From the IMG/VR virus record IMGVR_UViG_3300048833_000111, positions 1-64,000 of that record: DNA of 64,000 nucleotides; one strand, 5' to 3'. A model generated the notes under the pieces. It saw nothing but the letters and a program-made list of their open reading frames with translations, had not been told where the DNA came from and did not search any database. The translations under genes were made by a program, and so were the position numbers. This stretch comes from a virus. Positions within the stretch are counted from its first letter, which is position 1. The number at the start of each line of letters is the position of its first letter. This document shows positions 20,067-27,032 of this stretch, one piece after another.

Positions 20067-20441
20067 GTAATTTTTAATGTATTCTAAAATTGTATGCTCA
20101 ATCTCTACCTTATATTTACTATGCCAATACTGATGATGTGTAGGACACAATGGTATAAGATTTTCTGGAGAGTTATTAGTATTATCTTCATCTAAATGAT
20201 GTACTTCAACTATTTTACTCTCTTTACATACTACACATTCTTTTTTATGATAATGAAAACAAGTTGTTCTATAAGAAGATTCTTTCCAATTTGGATTGTT
20301 AATACCACTTCTAAAATAACTGTTTGCACAAGAATGTGAACAAGTAGTTTTTTCTCTAGGACTACCTAAACTTGTATTAAAAATTTGCTCACATATTGGA
20401 CAAACTTTTTCTATTGGGGGGTATGTATGTTTTCTTGCCAT
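20034..20441 (-). CDS. HNH endonuclease (start taken at MARKH)
   Basis: CVVC...VEVHHLDEDNTNNSPENLIPLCPTHH; N-terminal CPIC...CSHSC. Confidence 0.85.
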   Translation of the reverse strand: MARKHTYPPIEKVCPICEQIFNTSLGSPREKTTCSHSCANSYFRSGINNPNWKESSYRTTCFHYHKKECVVCKESKIVEVHHLDEDNTNNSPENLIPLCPTHHQYWHSKYKVEIEHTILEYIKNYLCVEESGLSR

Positions 20442-20445
20442 ATCA

Positions 20446-20477
20446 CAAAGATATGACTTTTGAACCAATTCCCCAAA
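20446..20477 (-). promoter_or_regulatory. Bacteroidota -33/-7 promoter for HNH gene
   Basis: TTTG-N20-TATCTTTG, 4 nt before ATG. Confidence 0.7.
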
Positions 20478-20489
20478 TGTAATAATAAT

Positions 20490-20628
20490 AAAAGGAAGAA
20501 TGCTAATTAAGTATAATTATCTATGCTCTAACCAGCTGAGCTAATATACCTACGGCATATATTGGATTCGAACCAATGACCTTAACATTAAAAGTGTTGC
20601 GAAGTAACTTAATTATTACTATCCTTTT
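20490..20628 (-). ncRNA. Y-RNA-like element B with circularly permuted tRNA-Lys(TTT)-like domain
   Basis: Order: Y stem, anticodon arm CTTTTAA, T arm, acceptor hairpin ATATGCC-GTA-GGTATAT, D arm, Y stem. Confidence 0.8.
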
Positions 20629-20636
20629 ATTTATTG

Positions 20637-20710
20637 TAGCGGACCTGGGACTTGAACCCAGAATTACAAACTTATGAGACTTGCGTGTTACCAATTACAT
20701 CCAATCCGCT
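20637..20710 (-). tRNA. tRNA-Met(CAT), initiator-like 5' end
   Basis: AGCGGAT acceptor, loop CTCATAA, weak anticodon stem. Confidence 0.75.
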
Positions 20711-21035
20711 ATATTATTTTTGTTTTTACTATTAGTAAACCATTATAAGACCAATCATATCCCTCTGTACATTCTATATACTCTATTATAGGGTATGTAG
20801 CATAATATATAATATGTACTTTTATTTCTCTAGGAAAAGATAATCTTAATGGGCATTCTAAATCATTATTATGCCCACTATGCCAATAAATTGGTTTTTC
20901 TGGAATATATAAAGAATCTTCTACAGATACATTCCATCTTGTTAAAGGTCTTAGACCTTTTTTACTTGTAAAAAAACTTTTATCTATAGTTAACATAGTT
21001 TCTAATTTTAGTGGGACCTGGTGGACTCGAACCAC
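20709..21035 (-). CDS. Hypothetical protein (true start likely MLTIDK)
   Basis: ORF between tRNAs; annotated 5' end overlaps tRNA-Tyr. Confidence 0.55.
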   Translation of the reverse strand: MVRVHQVPLKLETMLTIDKSFFTSKKGLRPLTRWNVSVEDSLYIPEKPIYWHSGHNNDLECPLRLSFPREIKVHIIYYATYPIIEYIECTEGYDWSYNGLLIVKTKII

Positions 21036-21092
21036 TCCCCTAAGGACCAGATTTACAGTCTAGCTGCCATATCCAAATGACTTTCAGTTCCC
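21012..21092 (-). tRNA. tRNA-Tyr(GTA)
   Basis: Loop CTGTAAA, variable arm. Confidence 0.82.
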
Positions 21093-21209
21093 ATTATTTT
21101 TAGTATGGAAGGGGTGTTTACACACCCCTACACCACTATAAGGACATCTCCTTATAACTTCTTAATAGTGTTTCACATGTCTGCTACTTTTCTATTAACA
21201 TACCTTATG

Positions 21210-21283
21210 TGGTACAGGCTAGATTCGAACTAGCAACACTCTGGGCTTCACTCAGATGCTCTACCAATTGGAGCTACTATACC
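21210..21283 (-). tRNA. tRNA-Phe(GAA)
   Basis: Cloverleaf, atypical loop GTGAAGC. Confidence 0.8.
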
Positions 21284-21287
21284 ATTT

Positions 21288-21431
21288 AAAAGAGAGAAAT
21301 TAATGTAACTGTGTTTGTGTATACAAATTCTTAAGATTTGCGTGTCTACCAATTGCACCAAATAGTTTTGCAACTATTAAAGGATTCGAACCTTTATTTT
21401 ACGAAGTAAGTTATCATTTTACTACTCTTTT
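21288..21431 (-). ncRNA. Y-RNA-like element C with circularly permuted tRNA-Leu(TAA)-like domain
   Basis: Order: Y stem, T arm, acceptor hairpin AATAGTT-GCAA-AACTATT, D arm, anticodon arm CTTAAGA, Y stem. Confidence 0.8.
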
Positions 21432-21439
21432 ATTTTTTG

Positions 21440-21567
21440 TGGGGAAGGCTGGAATTGAACCAACAATTTAAATTTCACATATTTTAATTTTGCCTTACGA
21501 AGTAACTTATAATCTCAGTATCATTGCTGAACAATATGACCTAAGTATTTTTGTATTTTTCTTCCCC
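21440..21567 (-). ncRNA. Element D: tRNA-like acceptor stem and T arm enclosing the Y-like motif
   Basis: GGGGAAG/CTTCCCC-A acceptor, GTTGG-TTCAATT-CCAGC T arm, internal AAGTTACTTCGT. Confidence 0.65.
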
Positions 21568-21594
21568 ATTGTAAGTTTATAGTTCTTCAACTTG

Positions 21595-21664
21595 CACATC
21601 CCTAAAGAATCGAACTTTATCCTAAGGTTTTGGAGACCTATTGGCTGCCATTAGCCTGAGATGT
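21595..21664 (-). tRNA. tRNA-Trp(CCA)
   Basis: Loop CTCCAAA, short D arm. Confidence 0.75.
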
Positions 21665-21856
21665 ATTTAATTAATTTTTTCTATCTTCCCGAAGTATAGA
21701 TTACATTTCTGTAAGTTTCTCACTAATCTATTAATTGCACATTTTTTATCACGAAGCCTGTACAAATCCTACTCATATATTCCATTATTTTTTCTCTTAT
21801 CTATATATTATATTATATTATATATTTTCATAAGATTAGGTCCTGGAACAACAAAA

Positions 21857-22021
21857 TTAATTTTCTTTAAGCCACTCTGTTACAATTTGATTGCTACAAG
21901 ACCAGTGTTTACCTGTCCATTCACATTCAAATCTATGACTATTACCCATTTGGGTCTTAGTACGGACTATGTACTTACCAGGTTTATCTGGTTGCTCTTT
22001 TAGATTGTCTATCCATTGCAT
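21857..22021 (-). CDS. Small hypothetical protein (54 aa)
   Basis: Manual translation MQWIDNLKEQPDKPGKYIV...IVTEWLKEN*. Confidence 0.55.
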   Translation of the reverse strand: MQWIDNLKEQPDKPGKYIVRTKTQMGNSHRFECEWTGKHWSCSNQIVTEWLKEN

Positions 22022-22035
22022 ATTTATAATTTTAG

Positions 22036-22111
22036 TACTACCACTAAGATTCGAACTTAGGACCTATTGCGTGTAAAACAATTGCTCTGAACCAGACTGA
22101 GCTATGGTAGT
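22036..22111 (-). tRNA. tRNA-Val(TAC)
   Basis: Loop TTTACAC. Confidence 0.88.
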
Positions 22112-22117
22112 ATATTG

Positions 22118-22193
22118 TGGACTCTACAGGATTTGAACCTATGACCTTCTCGTTATGAGCGAGTTGCTACTAACCAAGCTGAGCTAAGAGTCC
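22118..22193 (-). tRNA. tRNA-CAT (Ile2/lysidine-type or elongator Met)
   Basis: Loop CTCATAA, GGACTCT acceptor. Confidence 0.8.
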
Positions 22194-22203
22194 ATTAATA
22201 AAG

Positions 22204-22276
22204 AAAGGAGAAATTGAGAAGAGTTTATTTTGTGCAAATTATATATTAGCGAAGTAACTCTTCTCTTACTACCTTT
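22204..22276 (-). ncRNA. Y-RNA-like element E (minimal)
   Basis: AAAGG-TAGTAA-GAGAAGAGT-TACTTCGC...ACTCTTCTC-AATTTCT-CCTTT. Confidence 0.72.
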
Positions 22277-22286
22277 AAATATTTTG

Positions 22287-22358
22287 AGGACTGTGGAGGA
22301 TTCGAACCTCCAACCATTTGCTTAACAGGCAAAAGCTCTACCCTTGAGCTAACAATCC
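22287..22358 (-). tRNA. tRNA-Asn(GTT)
   Basis: Loop CTGTTAA. Confidence 0.88.
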
Positions 22359-22362
22359 AATT

Positions 22363-22567
22363 AAAAGAGAGAATAAAATAATAAGGATATAGATGTTTTG
22401 ATTCCATATCTAGAAAGAATGTTCCTAAAATACCCTTTAGTATAGGTAGAATAAAGTTTCAATTAGTTTTTCCTTTATTCAACTGTTCTTACGTCATATT
22501 TAGTATGTTCAGGCATATGCCTGTAATATAAAAATTTACGAAGTAACTTATTACTAACTACTCTTTT
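22363..22567 (-). ncRNA. Y-RNA-like element F with large multi-hairpin insert
   Basis: Same terminal stem and TACTTCG motif; ~150-nt insert with several hairpins. Confidence 0.68.
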
Positions 22568-22569
22568 AG

Positions 22570-22643
22570 TGAAGATAGAAGGATTCGAACCTACAACCCT
22601 CATCTTAGAAGGATGATGCTCTATCCAATTGAGCTATATCTCC
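22570..22643 (-). tRNA. tRNA-Arg(TCT)
   Basis: Loop CTTCTAA. Confidence 0.9.
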
Positions 22644-22706
22644 AATTGTACATTTTAATGAGATGTACTAACTCTTACTATCCAATATGTCAATGAGCTT
22701 ACATTG

Positions 22707-22779
22707 AGCTACAAGTAGGACTCGAACCTACAACTGCTAGTTTACAAAACTAGTATTCTACCAATTGAATTATTATAGC
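22707..22779 (-). tRNA. tRNA-Thr(TGT)
   Basis: Loop TTTGTAA. Confidence 0.9.
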
Positions 22780-22781
22780 AT

Positions 22782-22905
22782 AAAAGAGGGAAATTTAACA
22801 AACTTGTGAGATTTCTCTCGGATGGATTTGAACCACCAACAGATTGTGTATGAAACAATTACTCTACCAATTGAGTTACGAAGTAAGTTTGCTATTACCA
22901 CCCTT
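22782..22905 (-). ncRNA. Y-RNA-like element G enclosing a tRNA(CAT)-like cloverleaf
   Basis: Y stem, D arm, anticodon ATTGT-TTCATAC-ACAAT, T arm GGTGG-TTCAAAT-CCATC, Y stem. Confidence 0.78.
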
Positions 22906-22918
22906 ATATTTTATTTTG

Positions 22919-22991
22919 CGGATTATAAGAGATTCGAACTCTTAGCACTACATAGACAGTGTAGCATGTTAACCATTGACACCAATAATCC
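22919..22991 (-). tRNA. tRNA-Asp(GTC)
   Basis: Loop CTGTCTA. Confidence 0.85.
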
Positions 22992-23490
22992 TTATTATTT
23001 CTAACATCTGTTCATGTGTCATAGAATTTTTTAAATGATTCATAGCAACACTAATAAACTGGATATTATCTTTGTGATAACCTTTAGAAGAATCTATTCT
23101 ATCTAAACTAATAGTATAAATAGGGTCATTCTTTTTATTATTATCAGATTCTGAAAGTTTTACTTTAGAATAAACACATATTCCTTTTTGTTTATCCCAA
23201 ACTTCTTTCATTTGTTCTAATGTTAAAGAACAATCTTGTTTTCTATAACAAGCTCTTCTTAAATGAGGTCTAAACAATGTAAATTCATCTCTTCTGTTTC
23301 CAGGATTAAGATGTTCTACATTTCTCTCTACACCATCTAAATTAGAAATATTAGCTATTCCTAAGCAAGTTCTAGAACAGTAATTTTTTCTATTTAACTT
23401 TAAGTTTCTTTTAATTTCAGAAACATCTTTATTAAATAAGGTGTTGCAACCATCACATTTTATTTCTTGTTGTTTTCTTATGTATTTCAT
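22969..23490 (-). CDS. HNH-like (His-Me finger) endonuclease (start taken at MKYIRK)
   Basis: CDGC...YCSRTC zinc finger; SLDRIDSSKGY..DNIQF....N motif. Confidence 0.75.
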   Translation of the reverse strand: MKYIRKQQEIKCDGCNTLFNKDVSEIKRNLKLNRKNYCSRTCLGIANISNLDGVERNVEHLNPGNRRDEFTLFRPHLRRACYRKQDCSLTLEQMKEVWDKQKGICVYSKVKLSESDNNKKNDPIYTISLDRIDSSKGYHKDNIQFISVAMNHLKNSMTHEQMLEIIRIIGVNG

Positions 23491-23494
23491 AATA

Positions 23495-23525
23495 CAAAGA
23501 TACAAATTAATTGTGGAATACACAA
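23495..23525 (-). promoter_or_regulatory. Bacteroidota -33/-7 promoter
   Basis: TTG-N20-TATCTTTG, 4 nt before ATG. Confidence 0.7.
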
Positions 23526-23543
23526 GAAATATTTTTGTGGAAG

Positions 23544-23907
23544 TGGAGATGTGCGGACTCGAACCGCAGTCTTTAATACTCCTATATATAATACTTTATA
23601 CAGCTTATTCTCCAACACTTATTTAAAGACTCTGTTGGGACAGTCTATGAAATCAAATCGCTAGTTAGCTTATGCAGCTATTGCAACCTGTCTTGTTCCC
23701 CAAGATAAATCTTGAGAAGGAGATACAGATTTTCTCTCTCCTTTGTGTACTACCATCATTGGAGTACTAAATGTGTAGTTTATATCAACTACTTCTTGTG
23801 CATCATTATCAATGTTTCCATTTATTCAATTCACCTTAGTTTTAACCAGTTATCTCTCTGGGCTGAATATTATATAAGTCTTACCAAATCAAATCCAGGT
23901 CATCCCC
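23544..23907 (-). ncRNA. ssrA: tmRNA
   Basis: 5' GGGGATGACCTGGATTTGA, 3' GACTGCGGTTCGAGTCCGCACATCTCCA with G3:U70, internal ORF ending VAIAA*. Confidence 0.9.
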
Positions 23908-23912
23908 ATATA

Positions 23913-24170
23913 TTACTTTCTTAAAGAAAGTTCATTTTCAAAAGTCTTTCTCCAAAACTCTCTCCCTTTTCCATTAACAGGAAAGTATATTCTAGTTTTA
24001 CTTTTTTTTTTAATGCAATTTAGTGTATTTTTAATATGAGCTGTTGACATATCACATACACTAACTCTAGAACCATCTTTTCTAATCCAGAAATGTTTTG
24101 CATTAATGTAAGAACTTACAAAATAAGTACTTGTTATCCGTATCTCTTTCATATTAATAATACTTTGCAA
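23913..24170 (-). CDS. Hypothetical protein (true start likely MKEIRI)
   Basis: ORF track; promoter at 24168-24198. Confidence 0.55.
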   Translation of the reverse strand: MQSIINMKEIRITSTYFVSSYINAKHFWIRKDGSRVSVCDMSTAHIKNTLNCIKKKSKTRIYFPVNGKGREFWRKTFENELSLRK

Positions 24171-24198
24171 AGATAAATAATAAAATTAAACCCTGCAA
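24168..24198 (-). promoter_or_regulatory. Bacteroidota -33/-7 promoter upstream of tmRNA/tRNA array
   Basis: TTG-N20-TATCTTTG. Confidence 0.65.
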
Positions 24199-24233
24199 GT
24201 ACAGGGTTTAATTTTTTAAATATTTTTCTTTAT

Positions 24234-24473
24234 TTAATCATTTAAAAGCCTGTCTATTTTACTAGCAATCTTATAATTTTCTTTAGCTAGAACCTCTAAT
24301 TGTTCAGACTCTAACTTAGCTCGTTGCATTTCTTCAAGCTTAATTTTTCTCTGCTCTTCAGCTTTCTTACCTATATCATTTAATTTAGATATAGTTTGTT
24401 TAAACACTGATAATACATTGTCAGATTCTTTAGCTAGTGAATCTGGTGTTGGTTTTGTATTGAATATATCCAT
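24234..24473 (-). CDS. Hypothetical coiled-coil protein
   Basis: ORF track. Confidence 0.65.
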   Translation of the reverse strand: MDIFNTKPTPDSLAKESDNVLSVFKQTISKLNDIGKKAEEQRKIKLEEMQRAKLESEQLEVLAKENYKIASKIDRLLND

Positions 24474-24476
24474 AGT

Positions 24477-24785
24477 TTAAAATCTTTGTTTTCCCCAATT
24501 TCTATACTCATTCCAAAAATGGGTTCTAGCTTCTTTAGTGAATTCCCCATCTTCCAATGCTTTCTTCAAAGCTAGTTGTCTTCCAATTTCTTTGTTAAAA
24601 TTGTCATTTGGATGACATCTGGAATATCCTATAGAGATATATCCCAAATCTTCTTTACCTTCTTCAGCTTGAAGAATTTTGCATTGAGTGTGACGTACTG
24701 GATTTTCTGAATCCAAGTTTTCTTGGATATGTAAGAACTTAACAATATATGCTAAGCCTACTAATCCTGGCAATAATACTCTCAT
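24477..24785 (-). CDS. Phage hypothetical protein
   Basis: SRCHPNDNFNKEIGRQLALKKA motif resembling small phage proteins. Confidence 0.65.
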   Translation of the reverse strand: MRVLLPGLVGLAYIVKFLHIQENLDSENPVRHTQCKILQAEEGKEDLGYISIGYSRCHPNDNFNKEIGRQLALKKALEDGEFTKEARTHFWNEYRNWGKQRF

Positions 24786-24823
24786 AGTATTTAGTGAATT
24801 AAATTAATAGTTATTTTAAATAG

Positions 24824-24844
24824 AGGGGAGAAATTATCTCCCCT
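24824..24844 (-). terminator. Hairpin after Ro60 gene
   Basis: AGGGGAGA...TCTCCCCT inverted repeat. Confidence 0.55.
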
Positions 24845-24850
24845 TGAAAC

Positions 24851-26539
24851 TTATATTACTACTCTTTTCACTTTTTCTAAGTGATGGGCAGCATTGAATT
24901 CAGATGTAGCAATATCATCAAACATTGCATATCCGTATCCATAGTAATATCTTACCTTATCTCCTGCAATACAGTTAGTACCATATCCAGCTAAGTCAAC
25001 TGAATATACATAAGGATTGCCTGATTTCTCAACATACCCCATATAGCTCTTATAGCTATTGCCAATATTACATTCATTATCAGATAAGATAAATACTCTA
25101 GTATATTTATTACCAGAAGCATTTGCAGTATTCCAAGCTGATGCTAAACTAGTTCCTCCCATATTTGCACTACTTAAGTTTTTAGCTAAAGTAAATACAT
25201 CAACATTGGGATTATACTGCACATATTTAGCAGAAGAACCAAATACAATTATATCTGCATTGGTAGCTATTGCTATTGTAGCTGCAACAAGTGCTGCTTT
25301 ATGTGCGCATAATACACCAATCTTACCATTAGGTAGTCTAATAGGAGTATGCATAGAACCAGATTGGTCCAAGAATATACAGTTATTTCCTGGTAGCATT
25401 TCTGCTAAATTAGGAATAGCTTCAATATATCCTTTAGCTAATGCCTGTGATATTTGTCTAGAGTAAGGAGTATTAAACTCAGAGAGCATAATATCATTTG
25501 CCAAATCTAGTTGATATGGCATTATTTTTCCTTCTCTAATCAATCTTGGATTGGAAACTAATTCACACACCTTACTGACAGTATCTGGGTCTGGGTTATT
25601 GATAAGAATGTTTCTTAAATTTCTCAAACAAGCCAGTATACCCAGTTTGTTTGTATCAAGAAGTTCTTTCCAATTATCAGATTTTGCCTGCTTTAAGACT
25701 TGCTCTGCTTCATCTTTATCCAACTTACCTTCCTTAACAGCTTTTGCTACAATTTGTCCTGCTTCTCCTTGGTTAACTTCCCAAGTATTTGCTGACACAT
25801 TGTAACCTCTCATTATTGCATCTAAAGTATAGACATCTTTATCCTCATATTTAACTATAGCACCTGATTTTTCTCCAGATGGGTGTGTTAAATTGATTAC
25901 ATCTATAAGTTTAGATTTGTATTTCAATAATGAATAAGTGTCGATAGATTCCAAAGCATCTTTGAAACCTTTCTTCATAGCATTTGTAAGCTTTGTACCA
26001 CTTACATTTACTTCACTACTTGTTTCTCCAGTCCTGTGATTTACCACAGTAGTAGTTTTATATTCCCCATTAAGGGCAACAAAACCTGCAATAATTTCAG
26101 ACATATCATCAGGTCTGAATATTACTCCACCTTTTTCTTTTTTCTTATCCCATAGACCATAAAATCTCTTTCCAAACTCTTGTCCTGAAAGATGTGGGGC
26201 AATAAATACAGATGCTGCGTGAGAGATAGTTCTCATACCTTCTCCTAAGCATCTAGAATAAACTATACATTGACAAGTTAAGTACAGATTTTCTGTAGCA
26301 CATTCCCTAATTAGACTTTCTAGTTCTACTAGTGTCTGTTTATCAGTTCTGTAATACTGGTTCTGTAATTTTAATGTGTTAAGCATAGTTAACAATTTCA
26401 ACCATTTATCTTGTGTATGGGCAGGTAATCCCTGTCTATTTACAGTATCTGGTTTTGGAATAGCTCTTGAGGCTACTAAGTTTTCTTTAGGTTTCTTCTG
26501 ACCTATAACTCCTGCTAATTTTGAGTTTGTTTTTGACAT
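24851..26539 (-). CDS. Ro60/Rsr-like TROVE-domain RNA-binding protein with C-terminal vWA domain (ATG start MSKTNSK)
   Basis: VNRQGLPAH, TWE, WKELL..NKLG..ACLRNLRNI, MPYQ, MIDAS DQSGSM, GGT, ILSDNE, VDLAGYGT. Confidence 0.88.
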   Translation of the reverse strand: MSKTNSKLAGVIGQKKPKENLVASRAIPKPDTVNRQGLPAHTQDKWLKLLTMLNTLKLQNQYYRTDKQTLVELESLIRECATENLYLTCQCIVYSRCLGEGMRTISHAASVFIAPHLSGQEFGKRFYGLWDKKKEKGGVIFRPDDMSEIIAGFVALNGEYKTTTVVNHRTGETSSEVNVSGTKLTNAMKKGFKDALESIDTYSLLKYKSKLIDVINLTHPSGEKSGAIVKYEDKDVYTLDAIMRGYNVSANTWEVNQGEAGQIVAKAVKEGKLDKDEAEQVLKQAKSDNWKELLDTNKLGILACLRNLRNILINNPDPDTVSKVCELVSNPRLIREGKIMPYQLDLANDIMLSEFNTPYSRQISQALAKGYIEAIPNLAEMLPGNNCIFLDQSGSMHTPIRLPNGKIGVLCAHKAALVAATIAIATNADIIVFGSSAKYVQYNPNVDVFTLAKNLSSANMGGTSLASAWNTANASGNKYTRVFILSDNECNIGNSYKSYMGYVEKSGNPYVYSVDLAGYGTNCIAGDKVRYYYGYGYAMFDDIATSEFNAAHHLEKVKRVVI

Positions 26540-26567
26540 ATTCAGTTCAATTTTATATGTTGACAAT

Positions 26568-26596
26568 TTTAAAGGGGAGTTTTCCTCCCCTTTAAA
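26568..26596. terminator. Inverted repeat / terminator upstream of Ro60 gene
   Basis: TTTAAAGGGGAG...CTCCCCTTTAAA. Confidence 0.55.
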
Positions 26597-26603
26597 TTGG
26601 TTA

Positions 26604-27032
26604 TTACCATCTAAATTTCTTTTTCACTTTAATAAGTAGATTATCATCTTCCTTTAATTCCTCTATAGAAGGAACATTAAAGAAATCTTCTTCATCTTCA
26701 TCTTTAGGATGTGGATTCCAATGATGTGTAGGTATAGTTGGATGAAAGAAACTATCTGGAATATCTTTGGATGTTCCTTTTTGATTTTTTAAAGTACTAT
26801 CAGAACTATCTGATTGTCCTTTACCACTTCCATCTCCACTTCCATCTCCTTCATTGCCCTCTCCTTCTAATTTAAAATAGGTCTTATCTATTATGATTTC
26901 ATCTGGCTCATCACAAAAATCCTTCTTAGCTTTTTTAAGAAGTTCCAATTGTCTTTCAGTATGTGTTTTTTTAGGAGGTATATTACCTTTAAAAACATTA
27001 TACTTATCTGTTGATTCTACATCTATTATCAT
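26604..27032 (-). CDS. Hypothetical protein with G/S/D-rich linker
   Basis: Coupled to upstream gene. Confidence 0.65.
   Translation of the reverse strand: MIIDVESTDKYNVFKGNIPPKKTHTERQLELLKKAKKDFCDEPDEIIIDKTYFKLEGEGNEGDGSGDGSGKGQSDSSDSTLKNQKGTSKDIPDSFFHPTIPTHHWNPHPKDEDEEDFFNVPSIEELKEDDNLLIKVKKKFRW

Noticed and set aside
14510-20760. Shared C-terminal NG(L/I) motif in four small proteins
   Set aside because: Too short to distinguish from chance without homologue alignments
18437-22905. CGAAGTAA repeats as a CRISPR array
   Set aside because: Spacing is irregular, the conserved part is short, tRNAs lie in between and there is no cas operon; the paired flanks fit an RNA family instead
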